Positions 1 through 8,267 of a DNA stretch of 64,000 nt are shown here, piece after piece. The notes under the pieces are model-generated. The model was not told the DNA's origin, ran no database searches, and saw only the letters and a list, made by a program, of their open reading frames with translations. The translations under genes were made by a program, and so were the position numbers. Every line of letters starts with the position of its first letter. Position 1 is the stretch's first letter. Origin of the DNA: Patescibacteria group bacterium (GTDB taxonomy: Bacteria; Patescibacteriota; Microgenomatia; Levybacterales; UBA12049); assembly GCA_038062115.1 (NCBI GenBank), contig JBBTXS010000012.1, forward strand, positions 23,141-87,140. Reading direction: 5' to 3'.

Positions 1-674
1 TTATATCCCTTTTATGTGGACTTCAATCTGAAATAATCGGAGAAAGGGAAATCTTTCTGCAGGCACGAAAAGCTGTTTATAATGCCGTGCAAAATAGATC
101 GTTATCAAAAGAATGTTTCTGGAAAATTAACTCACTGTTTGACATAGCAGAGCAAATTAGAAATAAGCATAGCCTTACTCAGCTGGAAAATTATTCAACA
201 ATAGGCGCAGATCTACTTAATAGAAAAATTAAAAGCCCGGCAGTTATAGCAATTATTGGGGGAGGATATATGGCGGAAATTTTTTTCAAAAAAGTAAATA
301 TGTCTAAAATTAAAAAAATTATATGGATTAATAGAAGTCTTGATAAGGTAAAAAAAATTGTCAATGACCAGAATAATATTTTAAAAGATTTTTTTGAGTT
401 CTACAATTTTGAAAACGTAGAGGAAAAATTACGTAGTGCTGACTTTATTTTCTCCGCGGCTCATAATTGTGGCGGATTATTTTCATCGTTGCGTTTGGAA
501 AAGACGAAATGTGTAATTGATATTTCTTATCCGGCATTATTTTCCGATAAAGTTTCATGCGAATTTTATTCGATTAACAATACATATTTTGAAAATTTAT
601 TGAAGAATCCTGTACCAAAAATGTCTGTACTTGCAGCAGAAAAGGAAATAGATGCCTTGTTTAAATTTTTATGA
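1..674 (+). CDS. Glutamyl-tRNA reductase (HemA)-like protein, 5' end outside window
   Basis: Frame open from base 3: ISLLCGLQSEIIGEREIFLQ resembles the HemA GLDSxxxGExQILGQ motif. Rossmann motif IIGGGYMA, INRS and VIDISYP follow. Ends before the usual dimerisation domain. Confidence 0.65.
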   Translation, partial: ISLLCGLQSEIIGEREIFLQARKAVYNAVQNRSLSKECFWKINSLFDIAEQIRNKHSLTQLENYSTIGADLLNRKIKSPAVIAIIGGGYMAEIFFKKVNMSKIKKIIWINRSLDKVKKIVNDQNNILKDFFEFYNFENVEEKLRSADFIFSAAHNCGGLFSSLRLEKTKCVIDISYPALFSDKVSCEFYSINNTYFENLLKNPVPKMSVLAAEKEIDALFKFL

Positions 675-1336
675 AAACAAATTGGATTGAAAAAGAATTG
701 GAGAAATTTGTAGAGCGAGGGAGCATATTGTTTGTTACGGCCCAAGGTGCAGATAAAAGTTCCGATATCGATATATATTGTGTTATTAAAAATGGATTAA
801 AATCCCAAATTCATATTTATAAAAAGAATAATTGTTGGATTGAAGTTTTTATTGATACGTGGGATGACATGGCTAGTAAGATAAAAAACTTTGATGAGAT
901 TGCAGTTGGTTTTATTTCAAAAATGGATCCATTAGCTCGCTTGAGCAACGTTTACTACCATCGTAAAGCTTTAAAACTTATTGGGGCAAAATATAAACTT
1001 CCCAATGAACGAAAAAGGCTATTACAATATCGCATCAAAGTGTTAGCATCAAAATATTATTCATCAGTTAATGAAAAGAATGAGCATTTTTTTGTTGGAC
1101 AGTTAATGCCATTTCTAATAATGGCTGTTTTTAGTAAATATGGAGTTTGGCCTAAGTCGCCAAAAAAATGGATTTGGCAATTGGAACAGATTAAAAAACC
1201 AGAATCAAAACAATTACTCAAAATTCTAGACGGCAAAGCAAAAGTTGATAATTTAATTGAGGAATTGACGTTAGATTTTGAAGGAATTTCTCTAGAAAAA
1301 AACAAGGAAAATAATAAAATTACTTATTTAGGATAA
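671..1336 (+). CDS. Nucleotidyltransferase-like (Pol beta fold) protein
   Basis: N-terminal ADKSSDIDIYCV (DxD) and a later IEVF strand. ATGA overlap with the upstream gene. Confidence 0.55.
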   Translation: MKTNWIEKELEKFVERGSILFVTAQGADKSSDIDIYCVIKNGLKSQIHIYKKNNCWIEVFIDTWDDMASKIKNFDEIAVGFISKMDPLARLSNVYYHRKALKLIGAKYKLPNERKRLLQYRIKVLASKYYSSVNEKNEHFFVGQLMPFLIMAVFSKYGVWPKSPKKWIWQLEQIKKPESKQLLKILDGKAKVDNLIEELTLDFEGISLEKNKENNKITYLG

Positions 1337-1347
1337 GCATATATTAA

Positions 1348-1539
1348 ATGAATAAGACACTAACGACAGATATCTCTAATTTACTGAAACTTCCTTTATT
1401 CTCCGTTAGGGATAAAAAAATTAAAAATGAATATGAAAGACGGTTTTTTAATGGTCGTTTTGGACAGATCCGAGAGGGCTTGATCATGCCAGAGCGGCCA
1501 TTTGAATTTGGAAAAATTTTTGCGTTTTTTCTGAGCTGA
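1348..1539 (+). CDS. Small hypothetical protein or truncated gene fragment
   Basis: 63-aa ORF 11 nt after the previous stop. Its end runs into the repeat-rich recombinase leader. Confidence 0.35.
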   Translation: MNKTLTTDISNLLKLPLFSVRDKKIKNEYERRFFNGRFGQIREGLIMPERPFEFGKIFAFFLS

Positions 1540-1648
1540 CAGTTTTTGGAGCGAGTTGGAAGGCCGAGCAATATAAAATAGTAGGAGGGAGCGGAAGCGA
1601 CCGACTACAATGATAACATGAAAGAAGTCCGAACTTTTTCGTAAAGGA

Positions 1649-1751
1649 GCTCACATTGGGACTTTTCAAAAGCCTGCGTTTGGGGACTTTGGACGAGAGA
1701 TTGCGTTTGGAGGTCTGCAAAGCCCAAATTGTAGGATGGGAAAAGTTGCCG
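1649..1751 (-). repeat. Perfect 103-bp inverted copy of the recombinase 3' end (3198-3300)
   Basis: Base-by-base reverse-complement identity, gctcacattggg...aaaagttgccg. Confidence 0.97.
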
Positions 1752-1799
1752 GTTAAAAGAGAAGAAAAAAACGCAAAAATTAATAAGAAATAAACTGCC

Positions 1800-3362
1800 A
1801 TGAAATATATAGGATATTGCAGGAAATCAACGGATGAAAAAGATAGACAGATTTTATCTATAGAAGCTCAAATAGCAGAGCTGACCGAATTTGCTAGACG
1901 CGAAGGTCTGGAAATTTCAGAATTTATTACAGAGGCAAAGACAGCAAAAATTCCAGGCCGTGAACAATTTGACAAACTCTTAATGCTGCTTGAAAAAGGA
2001 AAAGCTCAAGGAATTATCTCATGGCATCCCGACCGCTTAGCTCGTAATTCCATTGATGGCGGAAAGATTATTTACTTACTCGATACAGGAAAACTTCTTG
2101 ACCTAAAATTCCCATCACATTGGTTTGAGAATACACCGCAAGGGAAATTTATGCTTAGTATCGCTTTTAGTCAGTCGAAATATTATATTGACAATCTTTC
2201 CGAGAATGTTAAAAGAGGTTTAAGACAAAAATTAAGAAACGGTGTTTATCCCGGAAAAGCATTTTGGGGATATGCGAACAATAAAGAGTTGGGAATTATT
2301 GAGGTTGATGTGACAGAGTCCAAGATTATCAAAAAGGCTTTCCAGTTATTTGCTAGTGGCGGAAAAACTTTTATGGATATTTCCCGCTTCTTACATAAGC
2401 ATGGACTTACCCAAAAAAACGGCAAAGATCTAAAAATAGACAGGATAAAAGAAATTCTTTCAAATAAATTTTACATTGGCATCATCTTTTACGCAGGAGA
2501 ATACTACGAAGGAAAACATAAGTTGTTTATTTCGAAAACATTATTTGACCGAGCGCAAAAACAGTTCAAATTCACTGAAAGATCAAAGCCCAATAACAAA
2601 CACAATTTATCTTTCTTAGGACTGTTGAAATGCGGTGAATGTAAAGCAAGTATTACCGGAGAAATGAAAATAAAATATTACAAAGAAACCCAAAGAAAAG
2701 CTGAATATATTTATTACAGTTGTACTAAAAAACTGGGAAACTGTTTGCAGAAACCAATTCCAGAGCCGGAACTGGAATTACAAATAAGAAAAGCGGTTAG
2801 CGATGTGGCCTTGCCCGAAAGTTGGGCTAGCGATTGGTATAAATGGCTTGAAAGAGATGAGATAACAGAAAAACAATTGAAAGAAGAAAATTTACAGAAA
2901 TTAAATGAAGAAATAAAAGCTCTGGATCAAAAATTAAATTTTCTTTTAGATAGTTACTTGGACAGCGTTATTGATGCCGATATCTACAAGAAAAAGAAAA
3001 ATGAATTATTCGAGGAGAAACTAAGAAAACAAGAAGAAATTACCAAGTTGCAGACCAATGGTTCAAGTTGGCTCGAACCTTTCAAGGAATTCGTAGATAG
3101 CGCATTACAATGCGGAAAAATTGCGCGCGAAAAAAAAACAAAAGAAGAATTGGCATTCTTCGCAAAAACTGTCGGCTCGAACTTCTTTTTAACTGATCGG
3201 CAACTTTTCCCATCCTACAATTTGGGCTTTGCAGACCTCCAAACGCAATCTCTCGTCCAAAGTCCCCAAACGCAGGCTTTTGAAAAGTCCCAATGTGAGC
3301 GGGATACGGGAGTCGAACCCGTCTTTTCAGATTGGAAATCTGACGTTGAACCGCTCAACTAA
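1800..3362 (+). CDS. Large serine recombinase (resolvase, recombinase, Zn ribbon, coiled coil)
   Basis: YCRKS catalytic Ser, DRLARN, LSENVKRG, CGEC...YYSC Zn ribbon, coiled-coil tail. Confidence 0.95.
   Translation: MKYIGYCRKSTDEKDRQILSIEAQIAELTEFARREGLEISEFITEAKTAKIPGREQFDKLLMLLEKGKAQGIISWHPDRLARNSIDGGKIIYLLDTGKLLDLKFPSHWFENTPQGKFMLSIAFSQSKYYIDNLSENVKRGLRQKLRNGVYPGKAFWGYANNKELGIIEVDVTESKIIKKAFQLFASGGKTFMDISRFLHKHGLTQKNGKDLKIDRIKEILSNKFYIGIIFYAGEYYEGKHKLFISKTLFDRAQKQFKFTERSKPNNKHNLSFLGLLKCGECKASITGEMKIKYYKETQRKAEYIYYSCTKKLGNCLQKPIPEPELELQIRKAVSDVALPESWASDWYKWLERDEITEKQLKEENLQKLNEEIKALDQKLNFLLDSYLDSVIDADIYKKKKNELFEEKLRKQEEITKLQTNGSSWLEPFKEFVDSALQCGKIAREKKTKEELAFFAKTVGSNFFLTDRQLFPSYNLGFADLQTQSLVQSPQTQAFEKSQCERDTGVEPVFSDWKSDVEPLN
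3198..3300 (+). repeat. Right arm of the 103-bp inverted repeat; probable att junction at the tRNA-Gly 3' end
   Basis: Identity with 1649-1751 ends within the last 3 nt of tRNA-Gly. Confidence 0.9.
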
Positions 3363-3368
3363 TCCCGC
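3298..3368 (-). tRNA. tRNA-Gly(TCC)
   Basis: GCGGGAT/ATCCCGC acceptor stem, TCAGA-TT-TCC-AA-TCTGA anticodon arm, GGTTCGACTCC T arm. No encoded CCA. Confidence 0.93.
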
Positions 3369-3521
3369 GCATATTGATTTTATCAAATGCGATCAGTATT
3401 GTGCAAATGGAAAATTTAAGCTAAAATAACTGTGAACGTCGGGGTGGCGGAATTGGAGCGGAGTCCCGACGAGTCGGGACGAGCTCGCTTGCGAGCGTAG
3501 CGCGAGACAAGCGTGGAAGAC

Positions 3522-3605
3522 GCCGCGGTGGTGGAATGGTAGACACGAAGGCCTTAAGAGCCTTTGTTCCAAAAGAACGTGAGAGTTCGACTCTCTCCCG
3601 CGGCA
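3522..3605 (+). tRNA. tRNA-Leu(TAA)
   Basis: GCCGCGG/CCGCGGC acceptor, AAGGC-CT-TAA-GA-GCCTT, long variable arm. Confidence 0.95.
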
Positions 3606-3607
3606 CT

Positions 3608-3681
3608 CGGGGAGTAGCTCAGTTGGCTAGAGCGCACGGTTTGGGACCGTGAGGTCGGAGGTTCAAGTCCTCTCTCCCCGA
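3608..3681 (+). tRNA. tRNA-Pro(TGG)
   Basis: CGGGGAG/CTCCCCG acceptor, CACGG-TT-TGG-GA-CCGTG. Confidence 0.95.
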
Positions 3682-3699
3682 CCCCATACTCATTTCTAA

Positions 3700-4515
3700 T
3701 CAATCTCTAATAGAGAATATTGTGCCAGTTTTTGGCAATGTCAATCTTGGAAGCGAAAAAGGTTCGGGGTTTGAATCTTCTTCTTTAATTTTTGCATTAG
3801 GACAGTTTTTTAAATGACAATCAACTTCTTGGCAAAGTCCGCAGAGGTATTTTTTTTCGTGCTTTTTTTCTATCGCAACATATGTAATTTTATACATATT
3901 ATTTGGAAACGTGTCTATAATGGTACGGGTTTGGGATTCTTCCTTACGTAAAGTTGGAGTGTTGATAACTAAACTATCATGTATTCCTTTTCGCGCATTC
4001 GCCTCAACTTGCGCTCTCATAAGAATTAACGCAAGCTGATCTCCTGAAACTTCACGCAAAAATGCAATAATCTCTGCAGCTATGCTTCGCACATCTGTGG
4101 AATATTTTGATATAACGCTTGCCGCCAAACTTCCCGCAGTTTCCCAGTCGTGTCCACCATGATAACAATGCATCATGTCAACTTTATATTTGTCGCTTCC
4201 AAAGCCTCGGGCACGACCTTCATGCGTATCAACTCCTCCTCCAGCAGCAATCACTTTCATCCTCTCAAGAGAAACCAAACCGCTAATCGTAGTTCTTCCC
4301 AAAGAATCGCCTGTTGGTATAACAGAAATGCTTTCAATGGGTACCCCATACGCCAGAGCTACAAGTGCGTGATTTAATTCATGCGAAGCAACACTTATCG
4401 ACTCTCGTGAAACCAAACCCGAACGATTTTCCGGAACAAAAGAAAGAGGCATCGCCTTTTGGAGAGGCGTTTCAACTAATTGCTGTGTAGGGCGACTTAA
4501 CTCTGCTGCCGCCAT
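3700..4515 (-). CDS. Hypothetical zinc-metallopeptidase-like protein (M41/M50-like HExxH)
   Basis: SHELNHALVA, ISVIP...LGRT, GFGSD; C-terminal CxxC..H...C. Confidence 0.55.
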   Translation of the reverse strand: MAAAELSRPTQQLVETPLQKAMPLSFVPENRSGLVSRESISVASHELNHALVALAYGVPIESISVIPTGDSLGRTTISGLVSLERMKVIAAGGGVDTHEGRARGFGSDKYKVDMMHCYHGGHDWETAGSLAASVISKYSTDVRSIAAEIIAFLREVSGDQLALILMRAQVEANARKGIHDSLVINTPTLRKEESQTRTIIDTFPNNMYKITYVAIEKKHEKKYLCGLCQEVDCHLKNCPNAKIKEEDSNPEPFSLPRLTLPKTGTIFSIRD

Positions 4516-4530
4516 AGTAAGCAGATTTTA

Positions 4531-5136
4531 TCACTTATGGCGGATATATAAAAGATATGGCAAAATGCCTACAAAATTAACAACCGATGCTAATATAAAC
4601 AAAAAATTAAATCCATAAGCGCTTGCTATAAAACCACCAAGCGCTGCAGTTGATGCCATTCCTATAAAGGTAACAGCATCATAGATGCCCCATTCTGTTG
4701 TTTCTTTGTTTTTATCTAGATGAGTTGCAAATAAAGAGTTTTTTACAGGAGATGCTATTCCTAGTCCCATTCCAACGATACCAAAAAATACAAAAAGCGA
4801 CATTACGCCATTGGAAAAAGCAAAACCTAAATACCCCAAACTAATAAACAACATGCCAGCCATTGTAGTAATAAATTTATTAAACTCGTTACTCCTTCCA
4901 AAATATTTACATGTAATCAGTTCGAATACCACTCTAACTATCAAGAAAAAACTGTAGGCACTGGCTGCGATTTGCACGTTTCCGCCTCTTATGTTATTAA
5001 GAACAAAGACGGCAAAAAGTGGAATAACAAAATTATATGCAGACCACAAAAATGCCTCCGAAACTATAAATGCCTTGACGATAGGATTTACCTGAAAATG
5101 CGTTGGATTTCTGCCAAGAAATTGTTCTTTCAACAT
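4531..5136 (-). CDS. MFS-type half transporter (about 6 TM)
   Basis: Hydrophobic helices and AALGGFIA pattern. Confidence 0.75.
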   Translation of the reverse strand: MLKEQFLGRNPTHFQVNPIVKAFIVSEAFLWSAYNFVIPLFAVFVLNNIRGGNVQIAASAYSFFLIVRVVFELITCKYFGRSNEFNKFITTMAGMLFISLGYLGFAFSNGVMSLFVFFGIVGMGLGIASPVKNSLFATHLDKNKETTEWGIYDAVTFIGMASTAALGGFIASAYGFNFLFILASVVNFVGILPYLLYIRHK

Positions 5137-5189
5137 TTATTGCCTATAAATAATTTTGCAACAGATTTTCTAAAAAAGCAAGACCTCTT

Positions 5190-5927
5190 CTAGCCACTCT
5201 TAAAATAATTTACTGCTCCAAAAACATTATCGGTAACAATATCTATGATTCCAGATTGCTTAAAATACTTAAATCCCGATTCTCTATTTATAACCCCTGC
5301 CATAACTTTAAAACCATTTTCTTCGTAAAATTCTCTTAACTTAGTTAAACGGCTAACAGATATTAATCTTCTAAATAACCGTTCGCTCCCATGCCAATTA
5401 TCAATCCACCCCAGCATTACTCCATAACTTTTGCGAGGCTTTCTAACATAAGAATAAAGAGGAATATTTATGATCTGCAATACCCTAAGTTTAGGATATT
5501 TGGATTGCATACGCAATGCGGTACCAATAAAAAAAGAAAATCCAATAATGTTTACCTGTAACCACAAAGACTTCTCTTCGATTTTTTTTACAATTTTTTC
5601 AACTAGAATTTTAGATGAACTTTTGATTTCTAAAAAAAACTGTATGTGTTTATTATTTGTGATATAAACAAACAACTCATCAAGAAGTAATGGTTCATAC
5701 AATTGTTTCTTATAAAAAGAAGCAAGATCTGTGAATAAAATATTTGAGATTGCAACTTTTTTGTTAGCAATCATTATTCTTTTGTCGTGATGGAGTACAA
5801 TTTTATTATCCAAGGTTAATTGTAGATCGCACTCAACGCCTTTCGCACCCATTTCCAAAGCTTGCTCAAAGGCTACAATTGTATTCTCTTTATTATTAGT
5901 ATTTCTGCCTCTATGAGTAATAATCAT
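5190..5927 (-). CDS. Glycerophosphodiester phosphodiesterase
   Basis: THRG, ENTIVAF, VECDLQLTLD, HHD, LEIK, IVTD. Start moved to MIITHRG. Confidence 0.9.
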   Translation of the reverse strand: MIITHRGRNTNNKENTIVAFEQALEMGAKGVECDLQLTLDNKIVLHHDKRIMIANKKVAISNILFTDLASFYKKQLYEPLLLDELFVYITNNKHIQFFLEIKSSSKILVEKIVKKIEEKSLWLQVNIIGFSFFIGTALRMQSKYPKLRVLQIINIPLYSYVRKPRKSYGVMLGWIDNWHGSERLFRRLISVSRLTKLREFYEENGFKVMAGVINRESGFKYFKQSGIIDIVTDNVFGAVNYFKSG

Positions 5928-5931
5928 GTCC

Positions 5932-6591
5932 TTATTCCAAACCGTTTCTTTTGTTGGGTTTATATTTCTTATAGATATAATATATCGAGGCAATTGTCAA
6001 CAAAGCAATAACTGCAACAAATACGCTCTTGCCAAATATTTTTTTATAAACTTCTTCTCCAATATAAAATATAAAAATATCTGGAACAGACGCAAATAGT
6101 GTAGCAAGCATAAATTTTTTATAACTTATTTTTGTTAGCCCAGCGATATAAGAAGAAAAATCCATAACTGGGACTGTAAATAGCCTAAGCGCCACTATTG
6201 CAAGAAATTGTTTCTTTTTGGATATTTCGCCTTCGAGTTTGTGAATCTTTTGAAGGGGCATAAATCTTTGGACAAGTTTCTCCCTAAAAGTTCTAGCAAG
6301 AAAAAATGCAACTGAAGTTCCAACAAGAATTCCCGAAAGAGTATAAATATACGTGTGAAGCCATCCAAATATTGGCACCACTGCAAAAGAAATTACACCA
6401 GCGGGCAAAGCTGGAAATACTATTCCTAAAATCCGCCAAACAATAAGAAGCAGAGGTCCAATCACTGTGTGTCTTCCTACAAAATCAATCCCAGCATCAA
6501 TATTTGAAGGTCTTGAAAGTATAACTACAACTACTAGAGAAAACAACAATAAAACAACCGCTAAACTAATAAATATATGCTTTTTACGCAT
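5932..6591 (-). CDS. TVP38/TMEM64 (VTT, DedA superfamily) membrane protein
   Basis: PALPAG, AFFLAR, LRL..VP..DF.SY.AGLTKISYKKF. Confidence 0.85.
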   Translation of the reverse strand: MRKKHIFISLAVVLLLFSLVVVVILSRPSNIDAGIDFVGRHTVIGPLLLIVWRILGIVFPALPAGVISFAVVPIFGWLHTYIYTLSGILVGTSVAFFLARTFREKLVQRFMPLQKIHKLEGEISKKKQFLAIVALRLFTVPVMDFSSYIAGLTKISYKKFMLATLFASVPDIFIFYIGEEVYKKIFGKSVFVAVIALLTIASIYYIYKKYKPNKRNGLE

Positions 6592-6724
6592 TAATAAATT
6601 CCTCTATAGATTATATAGCATATAGATATGTATTGCACACCTCCGATGTATGCGGCTACACGGCGCAAAAGCAAATCTATTACATCTCCTTCGCAATTAT
6701 GATATATTAAAAACAGAGTTCAAA

Positions 6725-7498
6725 ATGAAAACACTAAATCTTCTTCTTACATTGTCTTCCCTAAACGTCATTTTAGTTACAATAGAAAGATTTTCTTTCA
6801 CAACAAAAATTATCTTACAACCATATAGTTTTCTAAGACTTCATGAAGTATTCCAAATAACAGTGCTAATACTTATAACTATTGTTATCCCCTTTTTTCT
6901 ATTAAAAGAAATTACTCATAATTTTGATTCGCTAAAAACTGCAAAAGGCACAATCTTAGGACTTTTTTTCGTAGTTGGCGTTTATTTATATGGCACTGGA
7001 AACGGGGTACACGAACTCGCAAGCTACTTATTTAATACATTTTGTCCTATAAAAAATTTTTCATCCTTACAATGCCAAAGCATGTATTTTAATGATTACT
7101 ATTTTGGAAACATATTGTATTTTGTAGGAGCGTTCTTAATAAATATATCTTTGATAATTTTTGAGCGAATAAAACCTAACATTAATTTCTCTAAGAAAGA
7201 TTTAGCCGTAACTTCTATAAATAGTCTTATTCTTGCATTTGCAATTTTTGCTTATTCAGCTTTTGATCGGGTGTTAGTTGGTCTTGTCTATTCTATGTTT
7301 ACTATGATTGTAGCCTATTTCTTTTTATTTACCGCGCACCACAATGCCCCGCTCGTCAGGACAATGCCCCGCCCGTTAGGTCGTGGTGCGGGGTTTACTT
7401 GGAAGAAAAAGTATATTTATATTCCATTTACTTTGTATATAACAATCGCCTATACAATTGGAACCCTAGCCTCAATAGCGATTCGATTTATTCGATAA
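6725..7498 (+). CDS. Multi-pass membrane protein carrying an in-frame palindromic insert
   Basis: About 7 hydrophobic segments and GNGVHELAS. GC-rich insert at 7328-7398. Confidence 0.75.
   Translation: MKTLNLLLTLSSLNVILVTIERFSFTTKIILQPYSFLRLHEVFQITVLILITIVIPFFLLKEITHNFDSLKTAKGTILGLFFVVGVYLYGTGNGVHELASYLFNTFCPIKNFSSLQCQSMYFNDYYFGNILYFVGAFLINISLIIFERIKPNINFSKKDLAVTSINSLILAFAIFAYSAFDRVLVGLVYSMFTMIVAYFFLFTAHHNAPLVRTMPRPLGRGAGFTWKKKYIYIPFTLYITIAYTIGTLASIAIRFIR
7328..7398. repeat. TTTACC(C/G)CGCACC...GGTGCGGGGTTTAC element, in frame
   Basis: Same termini as the element at 26616-26723. Confidence 0.7.
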
Positions 7499-7539
7499 TA
7501 GTATCTTGGCTCCCTCCCAACGCATGAACCCAATCTAAT

Positions 7540-7702
7540 AATGGAGCCCTACGGCTAAAGCCGTGGTGCATATTTAATGCCCTCCTTCGTCCCGCTCAGC
7601 GGGACTACGGAGGGTTATCCGCCACTAGCCGAGGCGACATCCGCCGTAGCTTACCCCACATTCATCCACGACTAAAGTCGTGGTTTTCTGCGAAGGCGGA
7701 TT
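7540..7702. mobile_element. GC-rich hairpin cluster resembling IS200/IS605-type ends, no transposase
   Basis: Hairpins CTACGGCTAAAGCCGTGG and CCACGACTAAAGTCGTGG flank CCCTCCTTCGTCCCGCTCAGCGGGACTACGGAGGG. Confidence 0.5.
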
Positions 7703-8081
7703 AATTAAGGAAATAAAACTGCTTAAATGAGATGATGTTATGAGTAGGGGAAAAGATACGAATCTAAAAAAATGTGTAATGCTTATTATCTTTACCTGAT
7801 CTAATCAGAAACTTTTCAAAATTAAGCAGATTTATTACTTTAATCTGCTAGACTAGGAATGAGTATATCAGAAAATGCATGGAATGTCAATAATCACTAT
7901 AGGATAGTAATTAAAGAGGTGTTGAGTCAAGCCACCATTCGGCAATACCCATGGTTTAAGCATGGAGGGCGGAATAGATTTGCAAAAGAGGAAAGATTTC
8001 CCTCAGGGTAAATAATTGATTTCCACTGTTGCAGTGAAGCATAAATTTGGTTCCAATTCTGAAACATTTGGGCTACAGCAC

Positions 8082-8217
8082 GTAATAGTTCACTCTTCTG
8101 ACATGAATTTTATTCTTCGATCCGTCAGCTGACGGAGAGAAGTTTTCAATGATTCTAGTTCTCTCGGCCTTTGGCGGATCGAACAATAATTTTTATGTCA
8201 GAAGTCTGAGTAGTTAC
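8082..8217. mobile_element. 136-bp MITE with imperfect 23-bp TIRs and 8-bp target duplication
   Basis: TIRs GTAATAGTTCACTCTTCTGACAT and GTAACTACTCAGACTTCTGACAT (rc). Flanks TACAGCAC/TACATCAC. Palindromic interior. Confidence 0.7.
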
Positions 8218-8267
8218 TACATCACCTGTAGTTGATTTTGACTAACTCCTCATATATAATCCAAATT

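Noticed and set aside
1484-1801. Minus-strand 105-aa ORF sharing a peptide with ORF 3229-3429
   Set aside because: Off-frame by-product of the inverted repeat.
1649-3300. Repeat pair as DGR template/variable repeats
   Set aside because: The copies are identical with no adenine-specific mismatches, and there is no reverse transcriptase in the window.
3421-3606. ORFs antisense to tRNAs (also 45127-45321)
   Set aside because: Shadow ORFs of tRNA sequence with no protein features.
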